Virus record (IMG/VR): IMGVR_UViG_3300045988_159911
DNA: 64,000 bases
Source: a virus
Strand: one strand, 5' to 3'
Shown: piece after piece, positions 9,723-20,094 of the stretch
Layout of the letters: each line of letters opens with the position of its first letter
How positions within the stretch are numbered: the first letter of the stretch is position 1
Made by a program: the position numbers and the translations under genes
Notes under the pieces: model-generated
What the model saw: only the letters and a program-made list of their open reading frames with translations
Told to the model about the DNA's origin: nothing
Databases searched by the model: none

Positions 9723-9934
9723 ACGGTATCACCATCCTCCAACGGTGACACTTTACATTTGGGGAGAATATATGTATCCATCAGTTCATCAAAGCAGTCG
9801 CAACACATATCGACCTGAATGCGGTCGCCGTCAAACTTACTGCCGTAACCGACATGGTAGTGGAGACCAAACCCTTCCTGCTGATCCCACATATCAAACT
9901 CTTTGCCGCAAATGTTGCAAATCGTCTTGTTCAT
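9719..9934 (-). CDS. Small zinc-finger-like protein
   Basis: 71 aa with CNICGKEF...CCDCFDE cysteine pairs. Confidence 0.3.
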   Translation of the reverse strand: MNKTICNICGKEFDMWDQQEGFGLHYHVGYGSKFDGDRIQVDMCCDCFDELMDTYILPKCKVSPLEDGDTV

Positions 9935-9983
9935 CTCGCAAATCCTCCGTTAATTTATCTATGAAACCACAGTTTCATAAGTA

Positions 9984-10628
9984 TTACTGAGATACCTTAT
10001 TGACCGCTGTGCAGTCGGTAACGGCGGATGCCCAAGCTTCGTCTACAACACCCATTGCACGGTAGCTACTTGCAGCGCAGTTGATAGAATCATAAACTGC
10101 CTTTGTGCCAAGACTGTCTGCGGTGTAGGTTGCTGCCATATCAATGCCGATACGGGAAGCTTCCTCAACAGCATCCATATTGGCGCCAAGGAAAATAAAC
10201 TGCCAACCATGACCCTTTGTCTGGTGCTCAATCATGCGCTGAATAGTGGACTTGTTATATGTATGGCTGGAATTTTCCTGTCCGTCTGTGGTAATCACAC
10301 ACAGAATATTCTCAGGTCGCTCTTCAACGGGAGTGTCATCGATACGACCCTGTACTTCCTTGATGGTTTCACCAATAGCATCGAGCATGGCTGTCATGCC
10401 AGATGCTACATACTGCTTCCTGTCCATCGCAGGAACTTCGCGAATATCAATGTGATCGTGAAGCTTTACACGGTCTGTACTGAACAAGACCGTTGTCAGA
10501 TATGCCTCACCATCAAGGCTTTTCTGGTTCTCAACAAATCCATTAAAGCCACCGATGGTATCGTCAACAAGGTTCTGCATAGAACCACTCTTGTCGATAA
10601 TAAAAATGATCTCAGTTAAGTTTTTCAT
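9984..10628 (-). CDS. von Willebrand factor A domain protein
   Basis: IFIIDKSGSMQNL is a MIDAS DxSxS motif in a vWA-length protein. Confidence 0.55.
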   Translation of the reverse strand: MKNLTEIIFIIDKSGSMQNLVDDTIGGFNGFVENQKSLDGEAYLTTVLFSTDRVKLHDHIDIREVPAMDRKQYVASGMTAMLDAIGETIKEVQGRIDDTPVEERPENILCVITTDGQENSSHTYNKSTIQRMIEHQTKGHGWQFIFLGANMDAVEEASRIGIDMAATYTADSLGTKAVYDSINCAASSYRAMGVVDEAWASAVTDCTAVNKVSQ

Positions 10629-11028
10629 CGCTGTATTCCTTTCTTTTCACTCTAACGGTTGTTCTTTCCCAACCATCAGTAACAAACGACAAGCTGATTT
10701 CGCGTGTGTCGTAATCTTCCTCTTTGTCGATCAAATCGCTCATAACTTCAAACTCCACCATCGCTCTCACATAGTTCCTCAGATTGCCGTTATATTCTTT
10801 ATCAAGGATCTCACGCATAGTACGCACACGGTTGTATGTCGCCATTCTGCTGGGATCTTCATCGTAGTATTCGTTTCGCCAATACTCCGATGCAAACTGG
10901 TCAAGGTATGCCTGTGCTTTCTTTTCCCAAAAAACCTTTCCGCTTCTTCGATACCGATAACGAATAAACGGCAGGTTGGGGTAAAGTTCGGACAGGTAAC
11001 ATTTATACTGAACTTCGTATGTCAACAT
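10612..11028 (-). CDS. Hypothetical protein
   Basis: 138-aa ORF. Confidence 0.35.
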   Translation of the reverse strand: MLTYEVQYKCYLSELYPNLPFIRYRYRRSGKVFWEKKAQAYLDQFASEYWRNEYYDEDPSRMATYNRVRTMREILDKEYNGNLRNYVRAMVEFEVMSDLIDKEEDYDTREISLSFVTDGWERTTVRVKRKEYSDEKLN

Positions 11029-11039
11029 ATTGAAACCCC

Positions 11040-14000
11040 TTAAACGAGCAAATGCTCATAGTCGAGAAGCTGAAAGTATTTTCCATCTCGCTCCCATCGC
11101 TTACAGACAATGATGTCATCCTCGCGGATAGGATCTTTGTCAAATTTTCTCTTAAACACTGTCATTCGGCTTTCTTTACCACTGCCGATAGACTGTGTTA
11201 GAACGCTATAGCCAAAAACTTCGTTGTCCCTTTTGCGGCGCACAGGATAGACACCAGTAATCAACAACTTGTTTCTGTCTGTCTCTTTGCCGGAAACATA
11301 CCCTGCATAACCCATGATATCCTTGAAGTTTTTTGCTTTCAGCGGAATGCTTAAATCATTTACCCCAAGAGTCTTTAGTTTCGCCTCACACTCACGGATA
11401 ATAGCCATAACATCGAGAAGCGTGTAACTCTTTGCTTCTTCTCCCTTTTTGGTTTTGCCGTTGGCATAACGCTTGACGATTTCCTCAAACTGTGTGCCGT
11501 CGATGCGGTCTTTCTTTATTTGCTTTGCCTCGCCTTTTTTGAACATCTCAAAAATATCGTTGATGGCGAAAAGCTCTCTCTGGTTACCGAAGTCAGAGAA
11601 GAAATCCAGCTTAATAAGAATGTCAAGCTGTCGTGAGTCAAGCGATGTCTTGTGAGTAATATCGTACAGCAGTTCAGAAAACGAATTATATGTATTGGTC
11701 TGAGAGAGTTCGTACAGCTCGTCCGCAGCCGCCTTACTCATATATTTAATGGAGCTCAAGCCTTTGGCGATAACATTTGCTTCTTTGTTATAAAAGTAAT
11801 CGCTTCTTGAAAGACCCCATTTAGGTGAAACAACCTTGATACCAACCTTAGAAGCATAAAGCGTAATGGAAGATGTTTTCTCTTTGTTGTCACCAAAAAT
11901 GTTGAGTGCTGCCGTTAGGAACTCAAGAGGGTGATAGTGTCTAAGATACCCGCAGATATATCCGATGGACGAGTATGCGTCTGAGTGGTTCCATGAAAAA
12001 CCATAAGCAGATGCATCAAGGATAATCTGAAGGAATGGTTTGATAATATCCTCGCATTGTTCCGCAGTCATGCTGTATTGTTCCGAACAATATCTGACAA
12101 ACCTTTCCTCAATTTCAGGAAGCAGCGTCTCTGTGCCTTTTTTCTTAGCAATGGCACGGCGAACATTATCAGACTCTGCAGCAGAATAGCCACAGAATTT
12201 AACGAGGAACTGCATGATTGTTTCCTGCATTGCAATTCGTCCTGCTTCTGGTGAAAGGAATTCATTGAGTGCATCAAAACCATTATCGTAAAACTCACCC
12301 ATTGCAACGCTGTCTCGGAAACTTGCACAAGCGGGTCGCAGCAAACCATTGCCGAATGACATCCATTTCAGCATGGAGAAGTTCGGTATCTTGGACTGTG
12401 CGATTGCCAATGTGGCGTCAGACATAAAGCGTTTCATATACTGTTGTGCGCTGTTGGACTCCCACTGGAAGATAAGCGTTGTGTCATTTCGGATACTTTT
12501 CCAAACATCCATATCTTCCATATCCGTGTTATCAGGTGTTAAACGCTCAATACCAAGCATTTTACAGGTGTCATTGATAACGCCGATATTATCCAGACCG
12601 AGAATGTCCAACTTGACATACATCAAGTCGTCCAGTTCCTTCATGTTAATCATGGAAACAGGATAATCGGAAGTAGATACACTGCAAAGACCGACTGTCT
12701 CCTCAATGGGCAGATCGCTGATCAGAACGCCACTTGGGTGGGTGCCAATGGAAACGATAGTACCATTGACGATATCCACATACATGAACACTTCTGGGTA
12801 ATCTTCTCGCGCCTTTTCCTCGTGAAGCTCAGCCTCATTGCAAATCTTATCTGCAATTTGGATATAATTGACCTCACGGTTATCTCGGTATAGAGCGCGA
12901 CATACATCTCGAATTGCACCCCTCAGCGCAATGGTGTTAAAGGTGATGATTTCTGCCGAGCGTATGTTCGGAAGGTTCATCTTATCTCTGAGCAAGAACT
13001 GTTTGACCTTATCTCTATCCTTGCCAGAATAGTCAGTATCAATATCCGCATTGGTGACACGAGACGGGTTCATAAAGCGGAAGAAGTTAAGACCGTACCG
13101 CATACTGTCCATCTGCGTAATACCAAGCAGATAAGCGATCATACTGCCAGAAACAGAGCCACGACCGTATCCGCACTGAATATCGTTTTCTCGTTCCCAC
13201 TCACGCAGATAGGTCTGCAAGAGCATGAAGTCAATTGACTGAGTAGCTTGATAAACCTTAAACTCCTCGTTTAGGACATCTCTCAGCTCTCTCTCATCAT
13301 GATTTTTTAGAGCGTAAGGGTGGTTGTTCATTGCTTCAAGAACCTTTTCCTTGAACGCTTTTTCGGGGTGTTCATAGATGTGTGGATACTTTGTTCCACG
13401 GTCAAGAGAGAACTCTTCAACCATATCCGCAAGAACATTGGTGTTTTCAATCGCCTGCAGATAAACCTCTTCGGGCAGAGAAGCTTGAACTCGGTATGCT
13501 TCAACAAGCTCGTCATAGGTTTTGAACTTCAGATCCCACCGTTCCTCACCATCGAAGAAGATATCCTTTGAGGTTTGCAGGATGCTTCTGCCTTTCTCAT
13601 GCACCTCGTTAAGAACATGAGTATCGGTGCCGGCAATCAAAGGGATGCCTGTCTGCTGACTTAATCTGTAAAGCCTGCGATTGTAGGAAACCTGACGATC
13701 ATCCATGTGGTGTCCGACTTCAAGAAAGCAGCGGTGCTTATTCTTGACCAGAAATTCAAGAAACCTTTCTTGTGTGTCGTCGTCGCCTTTTCCAAAAACA
13801 CCGCCGATGCAAGCTGTCGTAATCAGAATGTTATCTGATGTAGCAAACAGCTCATCGAAAGAAATTCGGGGAACATAGTAGTAATGGTTGTCTTTTCGGT
13901 TAAAGCTACCGGAGATCAGGCGGTTAAGCTCAAGAAATCCCTCGTAGTTTTTAGCCATAAGCACACAGTGCAGATTATCTCTGACCTTCTCTTCCAAAGT

Positions 14001-14228
14001 TGTTGTGAGATATGCTTCTGCAGAGTGTGCGTACTTCATTCCGGCAGCCTCGATTGCAGACTTCTTATGCCACCACTCCATGACACTCCCATGCTCGGAA
14101 AAGGCGAGAGCCCTCATTCCACACTCTTTTGCACGCTCTATGTATTCGTGATACTTTGTAACGCTATCGATGTTGGTGACAGCGTTGCTCAGGTCTGAGT
14201 GAAGATGGTAGCAAAAATAATTGCCCAT
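11040..14228 (-). CDS. dnaE: DNA polymerase III alpha subunit (DnaE-type, PHP domain)
   Basis: 1062 aa; N-terminal PHP domain HLHSDLSNAV...ERAKECGMRALAFSEHGSV; size and layout of a PolIII alpha. Confidence 0.8.
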   Translation of the reverse strand: MGNYFCYHLHSDLSNAVTNIDSVTKYHEYIERAKECGMRALAFSEHGSVMEWWHKKSAIEAAGMKYAHSAEAYLTTTLEEKVRDNLHCVLMAKNYEGFLELNRLISGSFNRKDNHYYYVPRISFDELFATSDNILITTACIGGVFGKGDDDTQERFLEFLVKNKHRCFLEVGHHMDDRQVSYNRRLYRLSQQTGIPLIAGTDTHVLNEVHEKGRSILQTSKDIFFDGEERWDLKFKTYDELVEAYRVQASLPEEVYLQAIENTNVLADMVEEFSLDRGTKYPHIYEHPEKAFKEKVLEAMNNHPYALKNHDERELRDVLNEEFKVYQATQSIDFMLLQTYLREWERENDIQCGYGRGSVSGSMIAYLLGITQMDSMRYGLNFFRFMNPSRVTNADIDTDYSGKDRDKVKQFLLRDKMNLPNIRSAEIITFNTIALRGAIRDVCRALYRDNREVNYIQIADKICNEAELHEEKAREDYPEVFMYVDIVNGTIVSIGTHPSGVLISDLPIEETVGLCSVSTSDYPVSMINMKELDDLMYVKLDILGLDNIGVINDTCKMLGIERLTPDNTDMEDMDVWKSIRNDTTLIFQWESNSAQQYMKRFMSDATLAIAQSKIPNFSMLKWMSFGNGLLRPACASFRDSVAMGEFYDNGFDALNEFLSPEAGRIAMQETIMQFLVKFCGYSAAESDNVRRAIAKKKGTETLLPEIEERFVRYCSEQYSMTAEQCEDIIKPFLQIILDASAYGFSWNHSDAYSSIGYICGYLRHYHPLEFLTAALNIFGDNKEKTSSITLYASKVGIKVVSPKWGLSRSDYFYNKEANVIAKGLSSIKYMSKAAADELYELSQTNTYNSFSELLYDITHKTSLDSRQLDILIKLDFFSDFGNQRELFAINDIFEMFKKGEAKQIKKDRIDGTQFEEIVKRYANGKTKKGEEAKSYTLLDVMAIIRECEAKLKTLGVNDLSIPLKAKNFKDIMGYAGYVSGKETDRNKLLITGVYPVRRKRDNEVFGYSVLTQSIGSGKESRMTVFKRKFDKDPIREDDIIVCKRWERDGKYFQLLDYEHLLV

Positions 14229-14229
14229 G

Positions 14230-15219
14230 CTATCTCAACCTCCCCCTTTCTTCATACAGTGTTTTGAAAACCTCGTATCCTTTGTCGACCGGAGCATCCT
14301 TATCTTCAAGTAGCTCCCGTCTGTTTCTAACCCATTCAACCTTCACATAAGGCAAAAGCTTTTTGATGTTCACATCATCCCGGATATCGACCTCGGCATC
14401 GAGGGCGAATACAACTGTGATTCCTAAACGAATCAGCAGCTTAAACTGGTAGGGGTTAAGATGTGAAGTCAAAATTGCACCGGTGTTTTTGATGCCCCAA
14501 CCGTCTGCAATCATCACTGACTTTGCGCCTTCAAACAAAATGATTTCTCGCTTCTTCAAGATTTCTTCTTTGTTTTCTGCAAAACCATAAATCGTATCGA
14601 GAATGCCAAGCGGTTTGAAATAGGTGTATTTGCGCTGTTTGTTCGCTTTGTAATTCGGGTCTAAAGTTCTGCCGCACACATTGATAATGTCACCTTGCAT
14701 ATTGCGAATTGGGTAAACAATACGGTCAGAAAATGGATCGTAGCGAACAGAAAACCTTTCCATAGACTCGGGTGTAATACCCTCGTCTCTCCAGACAGAT
14801 AGCTTATTTGGATTGCGTTCGTAGCGGTTCATATAATCTGCCGGCAGGATTGTGCTCTTGTTTTCTTTTTCTTTCTTTTGGTGGCGCTTAAACTTCTTTG
14901 CCACTGAGGTTGCAAGAAGTCTTTGTGACGAAGTGGACGGATCGTCGTCACGGATGTTTGCGTATTTTTTCAGAATCTGCAAACCCTCCATAAACTCGCA
15001 TTGGTGATACTGCCGGATAAAATCCAACACATTTCCACCTTTGCCAGATGAAAAATCGTAAAACCTCTGCTTGTCCACATTGACGGAGAACGAGGGTGTG
15101 TTTTCTTCCTTCAGCGGAGACAAACCCCAATACTCTCCATCCTGCCTTTCCTCAAGTTCGCAGAACTGCGAGATATAAGACAGTATGTCTACCCGTTCAA
15201 TGATTTCAGAGACTTCCAC
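14230..15219 (-). CDS. DnaG-like DNA primase (Toprim domain)
   Basis: Toprim motifs EIILFEGAKSVMIADGWG and VVFALDAEVD. N-terminal region resembles a degenerate primase zinc-binding segment (NTPSFSVN...GKGGNVLDFI). Confidence 0.55.
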   Translation of the reverse strand: MEVSEIIERVDILSYISQFCELEERQDGEYWGLSPLKEENTPSFSVNVDKQRFYDFSSGKGGNVLDFIRQYHQCEFMEGLQILKKYANIRDDDPSTSSQRLLATSVAKKFKRHQKKEKENKSTILPADYMNRYERNPNKLSVWRDEGITPESMERFSVRYDPFSDRIVYPIRNMQGDIINVCGRTLDPNYKANKQRKYTYFKPLGILDTIYGFAENKEEILKKREIILFEGAKSVMIADGWGIKNTGAILTSHLNPYQFKLLIRLGITVVFALDAEVDIRDDVNIKKLLPYVKVEWVRNRRELLEDKDAPVDKGYEVFKTLYEERGRLR

Positions 15220-15231
15220 ACCCTCACCTCC

Positions 15232-15513
15232 TTAGTCGTCGTCTTCCATGTCACTTGGACAAAAAGCGAATTGAATTTCAGAAAGTCTGTGATAATAAAT
15301 CGACTTTGATCGGCAATCCTCTTCTCTGTCGTCATATCCTCTCATGCCAATCAAGATATCTCCATTGGGCAGCTCAATAACCTGCGAGAACCATTCGTAA
15401 GAACACTCCTCTTCTGATTCTGGATCTTTGTCATACCAGACACGAAACAGTTTGCTCTCAACACCTTCGTCCAAATACCAGGTTAGAAAGTCGCCAAAGT
15501 ATCCATTTCCCAT
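15232..15513 (-). CDS. Hypothetical protein
   Basis: 93-aa ORF. Confidence 0.3.
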   Translation of the reverse strand: MGNGYFGDFLTWYLDEGVESKLFRVWYDKDPESEEECSYEWFSQVIELPNGDILIGMRGYDDREEDCRSKSIYYHRLSEIQFAFCPSDMEDDD

Positions 15514-15522
15514 TTGTCCTCC

Positions 15523-16854
15523 TTAATACGGCATTTGAACCGTATGTTGCTTAGCTTCCTCATACGAAATGAGGTTGCCTTGGAAGTTTAAGTCTATGTA
15601 TTCATCCTGCGACATCTGAGCGCCATTGCGGTTCAGAATGATTCGCAGTTTTTTATTGCCGCATTCTGCTCCATCCGCTTCGATCTCATCAGGTGTCTTA
15701 TCCTGAATGATCGCGATGGTTGAAGCATTACGACCGATCTTAGCACTGTCTGCAACCTTTCCGTTGACAGTTGCTTGTGCCGCACCGATGCCGGCAATAT
15801 TCATATCACCGCAGATTTGGTTTTTGACCATGTCAACCAATCTGCCGAGTTCCTGATAGCTTGCAAAAGCATCGCCCTCGCCCTTACCCTTGAAGTAATC
15901 TACGATAAGAACATCAATGCCCTGCGTATGCTTAACCTTTTTGACTGCCGTATAGATGCTCTGTGCATCGAACATCGGCATATAAAGATGTGTGAAGCTT
16001 TTCTTCTTAAGCCACTCCAAACACTTGCTGATTCGTTCCTCTTCCTCTTGTGAGTAGTTACCACTTCTTACTCTGCTAAACTCAATCTTCGCCAAATGAG
16101 AGAGGAGTCGGCAGGTAAACAGTCGTGAGTTAAGCTCACTGTCGATATACAAGACCTTCTTGCCTTTTTTCAAAAGGTCTACCGCACAGTTAAGGAGCAT
16201 CATGCTCTTACCCTGTTTTGCTTCTGCTGCAAAAACCACAAGCTCACCAGGTTCAATGCTCACATACTGATTGAGTGTCGGGAACTTAAAAGGGATACCG
16301 GACATTCCATTGCGCTGTCTTGCCTTGATTTCTTCCCAAAGGCCATCGACAACATCTTTGAACTGAGGAACCTCGGTAGCTGTTGAATACTCCATCATCA
16401 CATCGTCCAGTGTGGAGTAAATCTGTTGCTCGATCTCGTTCTCGGTGCTATTGAAACAAAGCCGCTGACACTCAACAAGCTTGTTGTATGTGTCTCTGCG
16501 GAATGCTGCGTTCAGTACCGCATCAGAAATCATCTTATACTCTTCGACTGAGTCTCTTGCGATGCTGTGAGCATTGTCAATAAACTCGTCGATTGCGGGG
16601 ACGGAAAGAATCGTTGCAGCCTTTTCGCGTGTCGCTGCCTTTCCGTTTAGGATATTGGTAATGTTGTAGGAGTCGATTTTCTCAATTCCCATCTTTGCCA
16701 GTTCACAAATAGCATAGTACATATAGGCATTCTGGTCATTTGTGAAGTGGTGCGGTGTAAGCTGTTCCGAATAGAAAACAAATTCGGGATGCAGAATCGC
16801 TGATGCAATTACACCGGCTTCGCTTGCAACATCGTTAATGTCACAAACATTCAA
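15523..16854 (-). CDS. DnaB-like replicative helicase
   Basis: 443 aa; RecA-like C-terminal domain with a Walker A-like AEAKQGKSMMLLN and a DnaB-like N-terminal domain. Confidence 0.65.
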   Translation of the reverse strand: MNVCDINDVASEAGVIASAILHPEFVFYSEQLTPHHFTNDQNAYMYYAICELAKMGIEKIDSYNITNILNGKAATREKAATILSVPAIDEFIDNAHSIARDSVEEYKMISDAVLNAAFRRDTYNKLVECQRLCFNSTENEIEQQIYSTLDDVMMEYSTATEVPQFKDVVDGLWEEIKARQRNGMSGIPFKFPTLNQYVSIEPGELVVFAAEAKQGKSMMLLNCAVDLLKKGKKVLYIDSELNSRLFTCRLLSHLAKIEFSRVRSGNYSQEEEERISKCLEWLKKKSFTHLYMPMFDAQSIYTAVKKVKHTQGIDVLIVDYFKGKGEGDAFASYQELGRLVDMVKNQICGDMNIAGIGAAQATVNGKVADSAKIGRNASTIAIIQDKTPDEIEADGAECGNKKLRIILNRNGAQMSQDEYIDLNFQGNLISYEEAKQHTVQMPY

Positions 16855-16866
16855 GGCTACACCCCC

Positions 16867-17637
16867 TTATTTACTCATGGCGAAGTATTCGCATTCATCG
16901 CAGAAATCGCAGAGATAACGACACTTCCAGAAATCTAACTTTGGTGACCAATCTTCGTTGTTGGTAATGGTCTCAATACTGTCTGCAGCCCACTGCTTTG
17001 CTCGTTCCAATTCTTCTTCCCGAAAGGGCTCGGAAATCAACTGACCTGTTCTGTAACAATTGAATTCCAACCGCGCAGGATAGCAGTGAAATGTGTCTTT
17101 GATCGGAATGCTGTATAAATAAAGCTGGCGAAGATACTCGTCCAGCTCAGCATCAGATTTGGTTGGCTTCTTTCGTTTGGAACGCTCTTTTAGTGCTCGT
17201 GACTTATTGTCCACCAGAATGATACCGTCTTCATCTTTGGCAACACAGTCAATGATGCCAGTGAACGGCTTGTCTCCGATCTTAAATTCCACCTTATGCT
17301 CTACACACAAGGGGTCTGGATAGGGGAACTTGATATCGCTTAGATAAGAGAGACCCTGTTCAAAATAGGATTTGAAGATGTCTCTGTTTGGTGCGATACC
17401 ACGAACCTCCCTTTTGAACCGAGCCAGATACTCACCAACAAGTTCGTCTTTTTTAAGCTTGCCGGTGAGATACTGCTCGATCAGTTTATGTATGAATGAA
17501 CCATAGTCCGAAAAGAACAACGGTTTCTTTGGCGTATGCTTAATATAGTTAAGTAGGAAAGCATACGGACACATCTCAAATTGATTGATACGAGAATAAG
17601 ACCATGTGAAATCAGAGATGATGTTTGAATATTTCAC
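16867..17637 (-). CDS. PD-(D/E)xK nuclease, Cas4/RecB-like exonuclease with a 4-Cys cluster
   Basis: N-terminal CPYAF; C-terminal CRYLCDFCDECEY; central IIDCVAKDEDGIILVDNKS nuclease motif. Confidence 0.55.
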   Translation of the reverse strand: MKYSNIISDFTWSYSRINQFEMCPYAFLLNYIKHTPKKPLFFSDYGSFIHKLIEQYLTGKLKKDELVGEYLARFKREVRGIAPNRDIFKSYFEQGLSYLSDIKFPYPDPLCVEHKVEFKIGDKPFTGIIDCVAKDEDGIILVDNKSRALKERSKRKKPTKSDAELDEYLRQLYLYSIPIKDTFHCYPARLEFNCYRTGQLISEPFREEELERAKQWAADSIETITNNEDWSPKLDFWKCRYLCDFCDECEYFAMSK

Positions 17638-17653
17638 AAGTCATCACCACCGA

Positions 17654-18043
17654 TTAGAACGGCAGATCGTCTTCGTCAACTTCGCCCTCTTCAGCAAGAG
17701 CAGCCTTTTTCTTGGTTGTGGGAGTAGCAGTGCCTGCAGTGGGAGTGGAACCGTCAGCCATCTCAAAACCAAAGACCTTGTAGTTGACATACTCAACCTT
17801 CTTTTCCTTATCGTAGGTTGTGCCAACATCACACTCCAGAATCTTGATGCGATCCTTTTCCTTCAGATGTGCAGCCATCTCATGTGCCTGACCAATAAAG
17901 GTGCAGAAACCAGAGAAATCCTGCTCATACTCGTCTGTCTTCTTGTTCTTGCGGCTGGAAGAAAGACGAACTCGGGTGGTGCTGCCGGACTTGCTCGGCT
18001 CAGCAGACCACACTGTCATATAACCGCCCTGTCGAAAACCCAT
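17654..18043 (-). CDS. SSB-like protein with an acidic C-terminal DDLPF tail
   Basis: C-terminus EEGEVDEDDLPF matches the SSB tail. True start is probably the internal ATG (MTVWSAEP...). Confidence 0.5.
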   Translation of the reverse strand: MGFRQGGYMTVWSAEPSKSGSTTRVRLSSSRKNKKTDEYEQDFSGFCTFIGQAHEMAAHLKEKDRIKILECDVGTTYDKEKKVEYVNYKVFGFEMADGSTPTAGTATPTTKKKAALAEEGEVDEDDLPF

Positions 18044-18046
18044 AAC

Positions 18047-18763
18047 TTATTCCTCCTTGTTGTTTGTAATCTCAGCCTTCAGCGCGTTCAGAAGTTCTGT
18101 TGCCACGACAGGAGACTCGATTGCGTAGTAGTTTGCGGTTGCCTTACCGTTTTCCTTGACATACTTCTTGGTGAGTGCAACAATCTTCTGTTTATCATCA
18201 GGATTTGCGGCGAGATGATCGGTTACCAGCTTGTGGATCTGGTCTACGATCTTTTCTGCAATCAGACGATCTTCCTGATTCTCGGCCTCGCGCTGACGGC
18301 TACGCCAGTTATCGGGGTCGTCATCGGATGTTGCAACATTGAAATACTTCAACAGGAAGTAACGGGAAGCATAAGTAAGTGCAGAGCCAAACGCCTGACT
18401 GGCATCTGACTGAGAGCCAACGAAGAGCCAGGGAACAACAACGCGATCCTCGGGGTTCTCGTCATTGACCCAAATCCAGTCCATGTCTGCACGAACCATG
18501 ACCTCATTGATGTGCTCTTCGTAAGTTTTTCCGTCCTTGGTAGCCTTTGTCTTGGTGTAGTGATAGGGTTCTACAACGGCGGAACCGTGAGTGATGTTGG
18601 GGATCAATGAGACACCATATTTCCCCATTAGACCTGTGATTTTGGAGAGGATCTCTTCCTCATCCACATATGTATAGCCGTAACCCTTGCGGTTTTTCTT
18701 TACGACTTCGACGGGCTTGCGGATCTTGGCAAGCTTCTGATAGATGTTCAAAACCTCTGACAT
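18047..18763 (-). CDS. ERF-family single-strand annealing protein
   Basis: SQAFGSALTYASRYFLLKYFNVATSDDD matches the ERF core (QxxGSxxTYxRRY...DDD); N-terminal NRKGYGYTYV. Confidence 0.7.
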   Translation of the reverse strand: MSEVLNIYQKLAKIRKPVEVVKKNRKGYGYTYVDEEEILSKITGLMGKYGVSLIPNITHGSAVVEPYHYTKTKATKDGKTYEEHINEVMVRADMDWIWVNDENPEDRVVVPWLFVGSQSDASQAFGSALTYASRYFLLKYFNVATSDDDPDNWRSRQREAENQEDRLIAEKIVDQIHKLVTDHLAANPDDKQKIVALTKKYVKENGKATANYYAIESPVVATELLNALKAEITNNKEE

Positions 18764-18765
18764 AT

Positions 18766-19335
18766 TTACTCCTTCTTCTCGACGATAAAAGTAGCTGCTT
18801 CATCAGCAACATGGATGAGCCAAGCAAGAGGAAACTGCTCGAAAGCATTTCCAACATCCTTGTTGCCATCCCATGACGCCATGTGGCAGTTGATTGAAAC
18901 AGCTTCTTCCGGTGTCAGGTTCATAAAGTTCTGAATGATAAACACCGACTTGCTGCCGTGCCCACCGTAACAAAGCTTTTCTTTGATTGAGTAGGCATCG
19001 TAGCTTTCCCACTGACCTGCGCTGTTCTTTCTGTTGCGCTTTTCGGTCGTGTAGAAATTGACCTTACAAAGATCGTGAAACAGTGATACGATACGGATCG
19101 TGGACTCGCTAACACTGACACTGTCACCGTAAATCTCCAGCAGACGCTTCAGCTCGTCGTATACATTCAAAGAATGCTCCAACAAACCTCCGGCGTAATT
19201 GCCGTGGAACTTGGTGCTTGCCGGCGCCGAATAGAAATCGCTCTTTTCAAGCCACTCCATCAGCTCGTGCATACCGTCGCGGTCAATGTCATTGCACAGC
19301 GAAATAAAACGCTCCTTGTTGGTCATGGCGACCAT
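18766..19335 (-). CDS. HD-domain phosphohydrolase
   Basis: FHGNYAGGLLEHSLNV...LFHDLCK carries the H...HD metal-binding motifs. Confidence 0.65.
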   Translation of the reverse strand: MVAMTNKERFISLCNDIDRDGMHELMEWLEKSDFYSAPASTKFHGNYAGGLLEHSLNVYDELKRLLEIYGDSVSVSESTIRIVSLFHDLCKVNFYTTEKRNRKNSAGQWESYDAYSIKEKLCYGGHGSKSVFIIQNFMNLTPEEAVSINCHMASWDGNKDVGNAFEQFPLAWLIHVADEAATFIVEKKE

Positions 19336-19346
19336 CTCCTTTCATT

Positions 19347-19688
19347 CTAAAATCTGAGTTTCTCGGTATACCGAACTACACAGTTCAAAACTTCATAATC
19401 GATACCCGGCTCATGCAAAACCTTGTGGAAAGCATGACCACGAGCATTCTGACTTGCGCTGAGAACTTTGATATAGCTCCCATTTTTGAACTCTATAAAA
19501 GAGCTGTTGGCATTTCTTACTGCTCGATGTGTTGCTTTCTGTTCTTCTTCATCCATGCTCTCAAGCAATTCCAGACAAACGGATAACCTGTTGGCCTGTG
19601 TTCTGGTGAAGATACCGACACAAAACCTTTCCTTGTTCGCACATTCGCGAACTGCGGTAAGCATGGTGAGATAATTGAGTTCCTGCAT
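19347..19688 (-). CDS. Hypothetical protein
   Basis: 113-aa ORF. Confidence 0.3.
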   Translation of the reverse strand: MQELNYLTMLTAVRECANKERFCVGIFTRTQANRLSVCLELLESMDEEEQKATHRAVRNANSSFIEFKNGSYIKVLSASQNARGHAFHKVLHEPGIDYEVLNCVVRYTEKLRF

Positions 19689-19814
19689 CGTGTTCTCCTT
19701 GCCAAATGCGTGTTTTATATGGATTATAGAAATACTGCACCTATCGGACTTAAAGCCGATTTCAAGCCATTAACAGGTGTCACCAAAACGAAAGACTTTG
19801 GAAAACTTACTGCT

Positions 19815-20009
19815 TCAAAGCTTGATAAACTTCTTTTCAAGAGCCTGCGGATTCTTATCCTTGCCGAGCTTTACAAACTTGCCGTCCTTCAGCTCATAGA
19901 GGAAATAGAAATCTCTTGCCGGCTTTGAAGTTGTGATATAACGAAGATTGTGGTCTTTGTCATAATGACCGACCCAAACAATTTCTCCCTTAGGATACTG
20001 ATATTCCAT
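19815..20009 (-). CDS. Hypothetical small protein
   Basis: 64-aa ORF. Confidence 0.25.
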   Translation of the reverse strand: MEYQYPKGEIVWVGHYDKDHNLRYITTSKPARDFYFLYELKDGKFVKLGKDKNPQALEKKFIKL

Positions 20010-20042
20010 CTTGTCGCCTCATATTTAAGTATTGATATGCAA

Positions 20043-20075
20043 GAAAAAGAAGAGGTCGCGAAACCTCTTCTTAAA
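20043..20075. terminator. Bidirectional rho-independent terminator
   Basis: 8-bp stem GAAGAGGT/ACCTCTTC with loop CGCGAA, flanked by an A-run and T-rich sequence. Confidence 0.5.
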
Positions 20076-20094
20076 CCGCTGTTCAGTTTATGCC

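Noticed and set aside
17606-18409. 267-aa plus-strand ORF
   Set aside because: It is antisense to the SSB-like and ERF genes, which have clear family motifs, and its translation is a Cys/Leu-rich low-complexity artefact.
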